Part shown: positions 18,601 through 28,100 of the stretch, in pieces
Position numbering within the stretch: the first letter of the stretch is position 1
Layout of the letters: each line of letters opens with the position of its first letter
Assembly: GCA_963612485.1 (NCBI GenBank)
Contig: CAVDWI010000001.1
Coordinates: 1-39,079 of the forward strand
Source: Barnesiella intestinihominis
Lineage (GTDB): Bacteria > Verrucomicrobiota > Kiritimatiellia > RFP12 > UBA1067
Direction: 5' to 3'
Length of the DNA stretch: 39,079 nt
The notes under the pieces: model-generated
Databases searched by the model: none
Told to the model about the DNA's origin: nothing
The model's input: the letters and a program-made list of their open reading frames with translations, nothing else
Translations under genes and position numbers: made by a program

Positions 18601-21600
18601 GCGCCGACCATGTATTCCTGCCAGTTGAGGAGGCCGTCGTTGTCGTAGTCGAGCATCGCGTCGTTCACCGTGCCGTCCATGCCGTCGTTGTTCCACCCGG
18701 CGCTGGCGGTCTCGGTCGTGTTCGTCGAGTCGCTGGAGGTCGTGCTGTCCGAATGCGTACCCGCGAACTCGAGTTCCCACGGGTCGGGCAGGCCGTCGCC
18801 GTCGGTATCCCACGAAAGCGGGTTCAGGCCGCCGCCGGCAACGCCCGAATCCCCGTAGATGAAGACCTCCGCGTATTCGGCGCCGTCATTGATGCCGTCG
18901 CCGTCACTATCCTCGTTCCACGGGTCGGTCGCCCACAGCTTGTTGCGCCACTTCACCTGCTTCTCGTTGAGTTCGGGAATCGTGCAGTAGTCGCTCGCGG
19001 GGTAGAGAGCGGTCGAAAGGTAGCCCGCGAACTCCTCCGCGAACGAAAGCCCATCGTTGTCGGGATCGGGGAAACCCACTGCACTCACGACCGGACAGGC
19101 CGCCGCGAGCGTGGAGATGGTGCGGCCTTCGGACGCGAGGCCCTTGGGCGCACTATCTGGCGCGTAGAACGTGTAGAGTTCCCAGCCGTCGGGAATGTCG
19201 TGCCCGAAGGAGTCCGCCTTGAGCGGGTTCGTGGTGAACTTCTGCCAGATTGTCTCCATCGGCACCGCCGTCGTCGGCACGAGATCCTCATCCGCAATCA
19301 GCCCCTGATGGTAGAGGAAGGTCATCAGCATGTATTCGTCGTAGTTGGTGAACGGCTTCGTGTTCACCGCCGCCCACGAATCGGGCAGTTTCCAGTGGGT
19401 CGCCGTCAGCGGATTGTAGCCCAGCTTCTGGTAGACCTGGAAGTGGATGAACGTGAGGTTCGTCGTCGCGCTGAGCGCAACCGTCCGGTTGAGGAGATCC
19501 TTGAGGTCGTCCGAGCCGCACGCGACGCCGGCGATGCGCGTCCCCGCGCCGTCATAGTCCCACGCCTGGTAGATGTTGCCCGACCCGAGTTCCGTCGGGT
19601 TCGTGTAGTCGAGTTCCAGTCCGTTCAGGTCAACGATTGCCGATGCCTCGCCCGGATAGTAGAAGGTCGTCTTGTCGACCGTCCCCGTCGCCCACGACGA
19701 ATACGCATTGATCGACGCGGTCACCGTCGCCGTCTTCGCCTCGTCATCCTTCTTGTATTCGACGATGCCATCGGTGACGAGATAGCGCGTTCCGTCCGTG
19801 CCGTTCACGAAGTAGCAGACCTTCGGGTCTGCGCCGGTCGCGTCCGCCGAGAAGAGCGACCACGCGCCGTCGCTGAACCAGTATTCCGAAACCTCGTCCG
19901 AGTCTTCCTCGGCGAAACCGAGCATCGGCAGCTGCACGGTGTAGAACGCCATCGCGTCGCCATCCGGGTTCGCAAGGCCGTCCGCCTCGGAAGTCGTCCC
20001 GCCCGACACGACCTTCAGGGGGTCTGTCATGGAAATCGTGAGTTCATAGCCGTCCGGCAGGCCGTCGCCATCCGTGTCGAAATCGAACGGATTCGTGCCG
20101 AGCGCGAGTTCGACGAGATCCGTAAGGCCGTCGTTATCCGTGTCGGTCGTGGGCCCGGGGCTTGCCGCGCCCGACAGGTCGTGACGCGGGTCGTAGAGCG
20201 AAGCGATTTCCTCCGACGTGATGATTTCGGGGTGCATCGGGTCCTTCGGGTTGTACCGCCGCCCCGTCAGCTTCGTGTATTCGCCGTTCGCGCCGGTGTA
20301 GCCGACATGCGCACGGTACCAGATGTAGTATTCGTAGCCGTCCGGGAAACCGTCCTTGTCCGTATCGGGGAGCGTGGGGTCGGTCGGCCGTTCGGGCGAC
20401 CACGCGAGGGCATCCGAACCGCCCGCCCAGATCGTGGTATCGTCCGGGGTGCGCTCGATCTTCGCGCAGTAGTTCGTGAACGCCCACCATTCGATGGCCG
20501 AGAGGGTCGAGTCGCTGTCCGTCGCCGGGTCGGTGAACTTGACGACCGAGGTGAAGTTCCGGTCAAGGCCGAGCTGCTGCGCCGCGTCGTTCAGGGCGGG
20601 GGAGGCCTCGCCGCCGTTCGCATACCAGCCGCGAATCTCGAAACGCGCCTCGAACGGCGTACCCGCCGTCACCCACGTGTTGGAGAGACCGGGGATGAAC
20701 GAGGCGATCGACGACGTATCCGTATTCGGGAAGTAGTCCGCATCATTGTTCCAGTCCGAGATGTCCTCAAGGTCGTCACCCGACTTCGTCAGATTCGCAT
20801 CAAAGATCCCGAAGCCGGGGTAGGCCGTCACGATGATGTCCGGGATGCCGTCGGCGTTGATGTCGCCGCAGTTGTCGCTCGTGAGCCATTCCCTTGAGAA
20901 GACGGCTTCCCAGTATTGCGTGTCGTAGGTCGATTTATCCGCATCGTAGGGCTGCAGGGGAATTGCGAACGTATTCGCCTTCGCCGGACCGATCATGATG
21001 TCTGTCTCAAGGTCGAGACCATCGGACGTCGCCGAGTTGTTGCAGACCCAGGCGTAGAAGAAACTGTCGTAGCCTTTCGCGCCGCGTGAGTCATTGAGAT
21101 AGGAGTAGGCCGCGTCACCCGCCGTGCGCGGATACTGTCCGAGCGAACTGATCTGGTCGTTCACCGGATTCGCCACCTGATAGCCCGTCGCAATCACGGG
21201 GAAAGAGGAGTCCGTGACCGCGAGGGAGAAGGTCGAGACCCAGCTTGCGACCTTCTGCGGATTGACCGATTCGCCATCCACGCGACCCGCGCCAAGACCC
21301 TTGGCCTTGTTGCCGTAGCGGACGGAATGCTGGTTCGAGGAACTGCGGGACAAAGCCGGGTCGTGCGCCGAGACAACGACTGTCTTCGTCTCCATCACGT
21401 TGTAGTAAAACGTGCTGACCGTAGAGTTCTCGTCCTTATCCGTGAAGGTGACCTTGACCGTCTTCAGACCGGGCGAGGTGAAGGTGACGGGCGTCGCGAA
21501 CGTGTACTGCGTCGTATTCGTCACGGTCGCGGAGTTGATTTCATCGCCGTCCACTTCGAGCGTCACCGTGATGCCTTCGGCGAGGTCGGCCGCCACGTCG

Positions 21601-24600
21601 TTGCTCACCTTGTATTTCACGGTGTAGTCGGTGTAGACCTTGGCGGTCGTGTTCGTCGTGCCGTCCGACGGGGTCGTCACGCCCTCCGGGGCGACATTCA
21701 CGACCTTCAGCGACGGCGCAAGAACCGATGCCGCCTCGTAGTATTCGTTCCATGGCTTCCCGTAGCCGGAATCGTCCGTCGTGATGACGAACGCCTCGAG
21801 GTCGATGCCCGCCGACGAATCAGAGGTGCCGTCCATTTCAATCGCCGTCAGCGCCACCGAAGTCGTGCCAACCGGGAACCTGACGATGTAGCAGTCCTCA
21901 TTTTCGGTGTCTTCCCAGACGCTGTTCGTGCGCGTCCTGAACTTCACGTAGCCACCGTCATCGGCCTTCGGGACCTTGACGCGAACCTGAATGTCGGCCG
22001 TCGCCGCCTGCGAAAGCCCGACCACAATGCCGTGGCCGGTCTTATCGTTTTCGTACCAGTAGCCCGTATCGTCGGTGTTCTCGTAGGCGAGCGTCACGCG
22101 CGGCGTCTTGGCGACCGGGACGCGGAACGACCAGTTGGCCGTGGAGGGATAGTCCGCCATGTCCTTGTCCTTCAGGAACACCTGCACGAGCGCACCCTCC
22201 GCGCCAACCGTGTCGTTCCTGAACATGTGCGTGACGGTCACGCCATTCGGATTCCCGTTCGTCACGATGGTCGCCGCCGTGCCGTCGTAAATCACCCACT
22301 TCGTCAGGAACGTGCCGTTGCCGTCTGCGTCAACGGCGTTCAAGTCCGCCGCGACATCCGTCGCCGAGAGCTGGAACAGCGTGTTGACGCCCTTCGGGAC
22401 GCTCCGCGCCGTGCCGCCGTTCTCGACGGGCATCCCGCCCGCCGTCACGCCCGTCACGACGGGCTCGATGTTCGTCACGACGACGTAGAGCGTGCCATCC
22501 TCGAAGCCCGCCTGTTTCTTGTATTCCTCCTGCTTGGACGAAAGCTTCACCGTGAACTCGCACGCGCTCGCCGTGCCGTCGATGAACGAGACGTTGGGCT
22601 GGAACGACGCATTGTAGGTGCCCTTCGGAATCGCCACGCCCGTCTTGAACGGCGCAACCGTCAAATTGACCGCGTTCGAACTCGCCGCGTTGAGCGGTTC
22701 GAGGAAGGCGTAGGTCGTTGCGTTCGCCGTGCCACCCTCCAGGGTGAACGTCACGGGCAGGGACGTGCCTTCGGCGACATACCACGGCGACTCGCCCGGC
22801 AGTGTCGCCGTAATCTGCTTCGCCTTGCCGACCTCAAGTTCAAAACTAACGGTTTCGGACGAAGCACTGTTGAACGGTGCGATCGCACGAAGCGAAATCG
22901 TCTTCGTGCCGGCCTGCACGAACGTCTGGTCGAGCGTGAAATAATCATCCTCCTCCGTGATGCCCTCGGAGTCCGTCAGTTCTTCACCGTCGGTCGACGT
23001 CCACTTGAACGTGTATCCGTTGTTCTCATCCATGATGTTCCGGTAGCAGTCGGCGAGCGTGACGCGGAACGTGGTCGGGACGCCGCCGACCGCCGTCGCC
23101 GTGCCGGTCGGATAGCCGGGATCGATGCTGAGGATTGTCGGATTCACTCTGTTTACGAACAGGATGCAACCCGCCGTCGATGCCGAAACCTCGGAATCTA
23201 CAATCGTCATGCCTTCGTTCGTGTAGACCGTGCCGGGCTTGAATACGATGCCCGTTGATGAACTGCCCGTCTTGCCCGTCCAGCCGAGCGAATAGAGATA
23301 GAGCTGAACGGTGCTGTAGCCCGACGGAATCTTGACTTTCGTCGTCCGCCCCGCGTAGGCGTCGCCACCGTCGTTCTCGCTGATGCCGAGAAGCGTCGCG
23401 TCGTAGATGTCCGAGAGGTCGCCGGTATCCGCCAAGGTCGCCCCGATTTCGACCCACACGTCGTGATCGACGGCGGGCGTGAGGTTCACGGTCAGCTGCG
23501 CCACGTGGTCGTAGTAATTGGTCGTCGGGCAGGTGACGGTGGCGCGGTCGTCCTCGCCGTTCAGGCGGAAGGTGACCGTCGGCGAGGGCGCGGCATGCAT
23601 CCGCACCGTCCGCGAAACCGCCGAACTGTCAATCACGTCGCCGACGTCGTTGAAGGCCTGCGACGTTGTGGAACTCATGTAAATCTTGCAAGTCGTGCCT
23701 TCCGGCGCACTTCCGCCGCGCATCCTGAACGACGCGGACGATTCGCCGCTGCCGATCGTGACGGGCAGGACGGTCTTGCCATCGACGGTGATCGTGTTGT
23801 CGCCGACCGGCACGAACACGGTTTCGTCCCCCGACCAGACATAAACCGTCGCGGGACCCGCACCGGTCAGGCGCGGCGTATTGAGCACGGCGGTCGAGAG
23901 ACCGGGATAGACGTCGCGCCACACGTCATTCGCCTCGTCATCGTAGGTCGTGTCGAACTTGACCGTCTGCACGTAGATGCCCTCAGTCGCAAGCGAAGCA
24001 TCCGTGCGCGGCGCGGTGTGCGGGGTTTTAGGATAGTCAACATTGTAATCCAGAAGAGCATCCTCATTCACGAACCTCAACACCGCCAGACGCGGCGATG
24101 AACTGTTGTTCGTCAAGTCCCACTCGTTGAAGGTTTCATCCCCCGTGTTGACGTTGACCATCCATACTTCCGACGAACTGCTACCGACCTGACCGTCCTT
24201 GCCGAGCAGTTTCACGGGAAGGCCGAGTTCACCCGCCCCCACGGTGTACTTGAAGTAGAAGTCGGTGTGGTAGCCGAACCTGCCGTTGGAGTCCCTCACC
24301 CGATTGAGGCCGCTCAGTTCGCCGTTCGGGCCTGTCGATGAATAGGTTGCGTAGGCGAGTTTGCCGCCGATGGAGAGGGCGAGCATCGGTCGGTTGACGC
24401 TCTCGACGAGACTCGTCGAACCGGTCGTCAACGATTTGAAATACCACGGGTTGTGCGTTGTGCCATCCTGAACCGTCGTGAGGTAATCCTGGTTCAGCAG
24501 GCGCACGAGGATGTAGAACGACTGCCCCGCGTTCAGGGGAGCTGAATCGTTCGGGTAGGTTGTCGTCGAATCGCTCACCGCGTCGATTGACCGGATGTCG

Positions 24601-24689
24601 CCAACATCCGCCGCCACAGCCGAAATGCCGGCGAACGCCGCCGCCGCGCACGAAAGAACGAACTTTTTCATCATAATCAGGTTCCTCAT
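12657..24689 (-). CDS. Giant secreted protein (4,010 aa) with many thrombospondin-type-3-like Ca-binding repeats, an FG-GAP-like repeat, a LamG/concanavalin-A-like domain and Ig-like beta-sandwich arrays
   Basis: An uninterrupted ORF. The signal peptide is MMKKFVLSCAAAAFAGISAVA|AD, and the more likely start is the ATG at 24674 or 24671, after a GAGGA ribosome-binding site. At least 12 D-x-D-x-D-G-x-x-D-x-x-E repeats are present, including DTDKDGFPDGYEY, DTDNDGLTDLVE, DTDGDGLPDGYEL, DSDGDGINDGAEY, DTDGDGLPDPWELE, DYDNDGLLNWQEY, DTDGDGMDDYYE, DVDGDRIPDWWEE, DADGDGLSNYTEY and DLDNDGWSNFAE. CGDINADGIPDIIV is FG-GAP-like. The LamG region is annotated separately. Confidence 0.9.
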   Translation of the reverse strand: MRNLIMMKKFVLSCAAAAFAGISAVAADVGDIRSIDAVSDSTTTYPNDSAPLNAGQSFYILVRLLNQDYLTTVQDGTTHNPWYFKSLTTGSTSLVESVNRPMLALSIGGKLAYATYSSTGPNGELSGLNRVRDSNGRFGYHTDFYFKYTVGAGELGLPVKLLGKDGQVGSSSSEVWMVNVNTGDETFNEWDLTNNSSSPRLAVLRFVNEDALLDYNVDYPKTPHTAPRTDASLATEGIYVQTVKFDTTYDDEANDVWRDVYPGLSTAVLNTPRLTGAGPATVYVWSGDETVFVPVGDNTITVDGKTVLPVTIGSGESSASFRMRGGSAPEGTTCKIYMSSTTSQAFNDVGDVIDSSAVSRTVRMHAAPSPTVTFRLNGEDDRATVTCPTTNYYDHVAQLTVNLTPAVDHDVWVEIGATLADTGDLSDIYDATLLGISENDGGDAYAGRTTKVKIPSGYSTVQLYLYSLGWTGKTGSSSTGIVFKPGTVYTNEGMTIVDSEVSASTAGCILFVNRVNPTILSIDPGYPTGTATAVGGVPTTFRVTLADCYRNIMDENNGYTFKWTSTDGEELTDSEGITEEDDYFTLDQTFVQAGTKTISLRAIAPFNSASSETVSFELEVGKAKQITATLPGESPWYVAEGTSLPVTFTLEGGTANATTYAFLEPLNAASSNAVNLTVAPFKTGVAIPKGTYNASFQPNVSFIDGTASACEFTVKLSSKQEEYKKQAGFEDGTLYVVVTNIEPVVTGVTAGGMPVENGGTARSVPKGVNTLFQLSATDVAADLNAVDADGNGTFLTKWVIYDGTAATIVTNGNPNGVTVTHMFRNDTVGAEGALVQVFLKDKDMADYPSTANWSFRVPVAKTPRVTLAYENTDDTGYWYENDKTGHGIVVGLSQAATADIQVRVKVPKADDGGYVKFRTRTNSVWEDTENEDCYIVRFPVGTTSVALTAIEMDGTSDSSAGIDLEAFVITTDDSGYGKPWNEYYEAASVLAPSLKVVNVAPEGVTTPSDGTTNTTAKVYTDYTVKYKVSNDVAADLAEGITVTLEVDGDEINSATVTNTTQYTFATPVTFTSPGLKTVKVTFTDKDENSTVSTFYYNVMETKTVVVSAHDPALSRSSSNQHSVRYGNKAKGLGAGRVDGESVNPQKVASWVSTFSLAVTDSSFPVIATGYQVANPVNDQISSLGQYPRTAGDAAYSYLNDSRGAKGYDSFFYAWVCNNSATSDGLDLETDIMIGPAKANTFAIPLQPYDADKSTYDTQYWEAVFSREWLTSDNCGDINADGIPDIIVTAYPGFGIFDANLTKSGDDLEDISDWNNDADYFPNTDTSSIASFIPGLSNTWVTAGTPFEARFEIRGWYANGGEASPALNDAAQQLGLDRNFTSVVKFTDPATDSDSTLSAIEWWAFTNYCAKIERTPDDTTIWAGGSDALAWSPERPTDPTLPDTDKDGFPDGYEYYIWYRAHVGYTGANGEYTKLTGRRYNPKDPMHPEIITSEEIASLYDPRHDLSGAASPGPTTDTDNDGLTDLVELALGTNPFDFDTDGDGLPDGYELTISMTDPLKVVSGGTTSEADGLANPDGDAMAFYTVQLPMLGFAEEDSDEVSEYWFSDGAWSLFSADATGADPKVCYFVNGTDGTRYLVTDGIVEYKKDDEAKTATVTASINAYSSWATGTVDKTTFYYPGEASAIVDLNGLELDYTNPTELGSGNIYQAWDYDGAGTRIAGVACGSDDLKDLLNRTVALSATTNLTFIHFQVYQKLGYNPLTATHWKLPDSWAAVNTKPFTNYDEYMLMTFLYHQGLIADEDLVPTTAVPMETIWQKFTTNPLKADSFGHDIPDGWELYTFYAPDSAPKGLASEGRTISTLAAACPVVSAVGFPDPDNDGLSFAEEFAGYLSTALYPASDYCTIPELNEKQVKWRNKLWATDPWNEDSDGDGINDGAEYAEVFIYGDSGVAGGGLNPLSWDTDGDGLPDPWELEFAGTHSDSTTSSDSTNTTETASAGWNNDGMDGTVNDAMLDYDNDGLLNWQEYMVGAMRCWRYDDTVSRWTSHAFDFEAIPADETSEDWGKFWYRVLADEQNTVDDDDEDTEGLFNPHLVAGTFDGGSYFSLCTNAWDHTGYGKYYMFRDGVYHDLKTPPAGKYTVGDKQFNRFTYKAATATDWTSPHAFANLEGLYPAKYITCDPRMPDTDGDGMDDYYEIFHGMNPLLGLQKSRGRGSNRDIVFEAYDDSQDVKNVAWSACENYWYPSDDEADLHRPARFKPSRDETVGGGAAWDFEAFPWLTGLAAADPDGDNIRNADEAIMPQIQAASNYLHTDPTPLWMTDTSYEGSFTRRFYMPPSGATSFPSATGTFTYNGQVYRFDSFPGFRWDAKNAMVYFNGIFDVYTLNNWNVKSDYFFSFEENEGYDSDHDFLSDYEEARARTKKASDPQDSNDPLRRQAMWFGGDEDKSFLQSHVCTEEETPVTESNSEFRENFLYYTVECWAKPDGSILGSNELRTLVERAIWTSASGPADAKYLRKNFLIGIKNGKWYTKYDSAGTDQLQPVEITEGPVATTNWTHVAATYDGKALRLYVNGECNSGMSKETSVSPEHGIASRNAIEIGSYTRYESISYLVGASALDMFAVYFDLGQRQPDLANPTFDDYGNYYKGYIDEVRIWDGARSAADIAADVQNRTRYTPALALANRQAVYESWCEGGSRMSGSVRQLPAELKFHWSFDHLPGAVETGDVMTTPTGFSTKGTITDAKAVWVRPEDWECPWWADIAVRSTVYDDAAYVPWINNTVSHLPRLDGTTLDSVYWSTNYAGAVSAVDSGYPSFTFPCSAEVYSRWTQVLYYQENTGIKTTPTRWNLVSTNATQKEAFRFALRDRNVLGDDLLPMGGAYPKRISSAEGGMWDDQGAADAWAQTGDDRNNRGLPDWWTAYARGNYVSDPSSTITWDTMVDYDGLRMTAWEAYLRDLARGMLPDGEYHPEYTDTRDVDGDRIPDWWEEIYGIDTGSAEDQFADADGDGLSNYTEYLISEVFKFARLNPTLAKTDGSCPDYFRRVGDLYFGEIFTDFDQVSDQWERQYATPDANGVVYANQFVHDPLKDLDNDGWSNFAEAKVGTNPTKSRSAGTGDGYYIREYPVPTIEATIVYNESDVISAPIVFKAWSKKTDPGMTTVPDAIWTVANVSSNVSKSAHTRYLGMNPAKEATYTLGTGMVIPGTVKIYFRDLGYRLVSVLNGYDYLTYHGEPANATWQVVVSDRNPNNNGIGMLYATIITSLGSTKETEVGSINYTTGEMTIDFSSDTLTGDAYFATEEVPEGAASLSAVWYDKFNLAGSYAYISWSDEAAGPDASGTYHLWEANGAGDLEHRGYVREGLNKFIVFVDNDGDGEYTPGEPFGFVDNVDVGWDGARFTVELTKTHPVFARIDLFSGDSDRAKYNPANSGLTTNDLGIVLDSSMSKERIRVVRTAVNGYGLNKYDSNFLAIENRVVLDKTFDLNVRHYLHEGDFLTDGELDIDWSHFNAEVYNSEALNLYDDNGNWLLDPTNVMYRIVLGDGTISPTTTNRLFLMNVSRTFDATQLRTIPTITGCGVEGIYYNARPTFTWTTGGYNSYTAFQLQILSEDGKEVIYDSGVRRAPRMDRNGNYQWTADCAFGDQTPQRKILSRRGNYKCRVAMYNAKFRSTSWSKTVNFAASVNSARAMNDHSYSSIDVLVKYAGPTCVLDRVYNLSQTNGIIRVQAFPTADFSGEPLAQTFVTNVVGSSITDMTLTQPNARLTGLPANGTYYIRAYIDSDGDFQHSAWESWGCAADAVVLTDTDVTAPVVNVYIEDADIDGDWIPDAYEYAKAGWTGSWESVKDKIQADVTGDEKVLIDIEAFITDRGGLSAGLSGIPYTIFQNGSYAKILLGLSGGSLTAETLVAAVRSQATIDENSLKITSMTLDTEAKRIVLTVAADVQPSVAGQMVSQVYGISVSSKTVSVNVYEKATLAAADWTLKTTVTGVEVGNGQSVVEVALDPNIDLTSGFYRIAIVEE
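16695..17290 (-). other. LamG / concanavalin-A-like lectin domain inside the 4,010-aa protein
   Basis: The segment NFLYYTVECWAKPDG...WTHVAATYDGKALRLYVNGE...GYIDEVRIWDGARSAADI matches the classic Laminin_G_3 pattern (W-x-H-V-A-x-T-Y-D-G...L-Y-V-(D/N)-G...(D/I)-E-V-R-I-W). Confidence 0.75.
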
Positions 24690-24705
24690 CTTGAAATCTT
24701 TCTTC

Positions 24706-25122
24706 CTATTTTCCCGTCAGTTGCTTTCTGACAATCGACGTCGATTGCCGGCGGTTGTCCTCAATCGCCGCGTTGACGTCCACAATCCTCGCGTAAAGCG
24801 ACTTCCATTCGGGCTTTTCCTCCAGCGCGGCCTTGATCGCCGCATCGTCCGCCCCCGGTCGCGCCGTCCGTTCGGCGGCGACCATCGCCTCCATCTTCTT
24901 GGCGAGCCGACCGCGCACGGCGGTCAACCGCGTACGCTCCGCCACCTGGTCTTCGAGCCGCGCGCGGAAGGCCGGGTCGGCCTGCGAACCCACCGTCGAC
25001 GCCGCGTTCGTCGGCGCGGACGGCGCGGCGGCGGGCGGCTCGTTTTTCCCGCAATCGCACCCGGCGGCGACGATCAGAATCGCCGCCGCAAGCACCCATT
25101 TTTTCTGAAATGCCCTTTTCAT
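24706..25122 (-). CDS. Small lipoprotein of unknown function lying between the two giant genes
   Basis: MKRAFQKKWVLAAAILIVAAG|C has a lipobox-like AAGC. An AGGAAAG ribosome-binding site precedes the ATG at 25120..25122. The ORF track extends to an upstream ATG at 25149, which lacks a ribosome-binding site. The mature part is Ala/Arg/Glu-rich and probably helical. Confidence 0.7.
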   Translation of the reverse strand: MKRAFQKKWVLAAAILIVAAGCDCGKNEPPAAAPSAPTNAASTVGSQADPAFRARLEDQVAERTRLTAVRGRLAKKMEAMVAAERTARPGADDAAIKAALEEKPEWKSLYARIVDVNAAIEDNRRQSTSIVRKQLTGK

Positions 25123-25186
25123 CTTTCCTGTTTCCTTGAATTGTATCATAAACCGCCGTTCGTGCGCAAGTGTCGTATGTGTTCCC

Positions 25187-28100
25187 TTATTCCGATTCGT
25201 AGGTGTTGTTCGCCTTCAGGACGGGCACGGCGAACGGAATGAGGTCCGTGTCGATGCTCCACCTGAAGAACATGTTCGTCGTGTTCGGGTAGTTGCTCCA
25301 CCCGTAGCCGTAGCCCGGCGAGAGCGTCGAGAACGGGTCGATGATCTCGATGCGGGCGCTGAAGTTCTCGTCGAACGAACCCGGCCCGAACGTGAACTGG
25401 CGGAACGGCAGGTAGCCCTTGTTCTTCGAGCCTTCCTGACCCATGCCGTTCACGTCGAGGGCGGCGCGGACCTTGAACGTCACCGACGTCCACATATTGC
25501 CCGTGAAGGTGTCGCTCTGCTCGTTGTTGACGCCCTGCAGGCGGCAGGGCGCAGAGGCCGCACCGCCCGCGACCGCGTTCGTGATGTAGAGCGTGACGCC
25601 GACGATCCGGTTCGTCAGTTCGTGCGCAACGCCGCCGTATGTCCGCGTGATGACGTGCGTCTCACCCTGGATGTTCGACATGTCGCCGCGCAGCCACCAC
25701 TCGCGCTCGCCCGACTCGGTGACCGGCGGAATGTCGAGCCAATACATCTCCGTGAGGCCGAGATCGACCGTATCCGCCGTTGCACTGAGGCCGCGGTAGT
25801 AGGCGAGGCGAATATCCTCCGCCGTCTTGTCGGGCCAGTTCGCCCGCAGCCAGTTGAGCACGGCGGGCGTGTAGACGTTCTTCTCGTCGAGCCCGAAGTC
25901 GTTCGCGAGGCGGTTGTCGACTCCCTCGCGCGCCTCGACGATGTGGGTCTGACCCGTCGGCGTCACCGTGTGCACATACGTGCCGGGCCTGTTCACGGCG
26001 TTCGTGACGCCGTTCTCGGTGAGCACGGCGAGTTCGTACCACGGCTCGGCGGTGTAGGTGACGTTCGTCGAGATGCCCTGCGGCACGATGACGACCGCCG
26101 AACGGTTCGTCTCTCCGCCGATCGCCTGCGACAGGTGCTCGCCGATGACGTTCAGGTAGACCCAGGCGTTCGTCCCGTTCGGGCGGATGAGCCACCCCTC
26201 GGGAATCGTCTGTCCCTCGTTGATCGTGCCGGGGGTAAAGGTGAGGCCACTCTTCCACGTCCCCTTCGCACCGGGCGCGGGTTCGCCCGTCGCCGTGCCG
26301 CCCGTCACGCCCGCCGAGCCGTAGAGTTCGCCGCTCGTCCGCCGCGCCAGTTCGTCGCCCGCGTAGAACCGCAAGGGCGAAGAATCCGCCGCGTTGAGTT
26401 CGGCAACGAGATTCGTGCCGTCGAATCGGGCGCCAATATCCCAGACAGACCATATGTTCGTCCCCGACAGCACGAACTGATGCTCGATGACGCCGGAGGG
26501 ACGGATCAACTCGAACTGGTAGGGCATACTGTAACTCAGGCTGCCCTCATCCTGAGCGTTCTCGAAGAGATTGGTCGGCCACGTGCCGAGCGAGACGTCG
26601 CCCGCCGCGAGATGCGTCCAGTTGGTGACGCCGCCCGCGTCACGCGACTTCGGGCTTTGCAGAACGACGAACTCGTAGCCGCTCACCGCCTTCGTCGTCA
26701 CGGTTGTCGCCGGCACGGTGACGCCGAAGCGGGCGAGCGTCTTCTCGCCGTTCTGGTTGTTCCTCACGCGGACGCGCCAGCCGTTCATGTCCGCCCCCGA
26801 CGGGACGCAGATCTCGATGAACTGGTTCGTCTCGCACCGCACGCCATCGGTCTCACTCGCCCTGCCGTCGTTCCAGTTCACCTCGTTGATCCAGGCGCGA
26901 CCGGGGCTGACCGAGTCGAGGATCGTATACGCCGAATACCTGCTGAAGTCCTCCGAATCGTAGCCGCCCGTACCCGTGCCGTTCTTGTCGATCGGGTAGT
27001 ACCAGGTCGGCTGCGTCCAGCTCGACATCAGCGACTCGTATTCGCGGCCGCCGCGGTCGTAGTAGGTGACCTTCAGCATGAACTGCACGAACACCCCCGC
27101 CTTCACGGCGGGCGGCACAAGCTCGGCCGGCGTCGTGCCGACGCTGCGGAAGATGAGGTTCGTCGCGTCGCCGACCTGCGTGAGCTCGATATCCGTCACC
27201 GCCGACGCGAGATCCTTCCAGTTGTCGTAGCCCCACGGCGTATCGCCCGAATAGTAGGAGAGCGAAACCTTCAGGCCTCGCGAAAGATCGACTTCGTCCG
27301 CCAGCTGCTGCAACGTGAGCTGCGCCTGAACGCCCCAGCTCTCGCCCGCGAGCGGCTGTTCGTTCGCGCTCAGGATGTCCGCCACCGGGTCGGTGGACAT
27401 CAGGTTGTTGCGGAACGGCCGCGCATAGACGAACGCGAGGGTCGGCTGAACCTTCTCGCCGACGAAGATCTCGTCGAGAATCACGCGGTCGACCGGTGCC
27501 GCCGTCGGCGCGACTTTCTCATCGAGCGACGCCCCCGTTATCTCGAACTTCACCGCGTAGTACGATTCGCTCCCCGCCGTCCACGAGAAGTCCGAGAAGA
27601 CGGGACTCGTCACCGCGTTCGTGAAGATCGGCACCCACTTGCCGTAGAGCGGGTCGGTCGAGCCGTAGCCGATGACCTGGCCGCCGCCGGTCGTCTGCGC
27701 CGAATCCTCGTAGAGACGCGCACGGTAGGTCACGCTGCCGATGCCGACGCGCCCCGCGACGTTCGTCGAGAAGGTCGGCGAATACACCGCCGGATAGCCG
27801 CTCACGACCCGCGTCATGTCGTCGTCCGTCTCGAGGTCTTCCGGCCACACGCCGTTGTTGAGACCGCAGACGAGACCGTAGCCCTCGCCGCCCGTCTGCG
27901 TCATGTCGGCGAGATACATCCGATGCTCGAAGTCGAGCTCGTCGCCGACCGTCCGCATGTTCCAGCCGCGCCAGCTACGTTCCGAAATGCCCGGCTCGTC
28001 CGTCACCGTGATGCCGGTGATGGTGATGCGCCCGTAGTCGAGATTGGGCGTCGAGTTCGTCGCCGCCGCAAGCGCCGCCGTGACGACGTTCGTCGGCACG

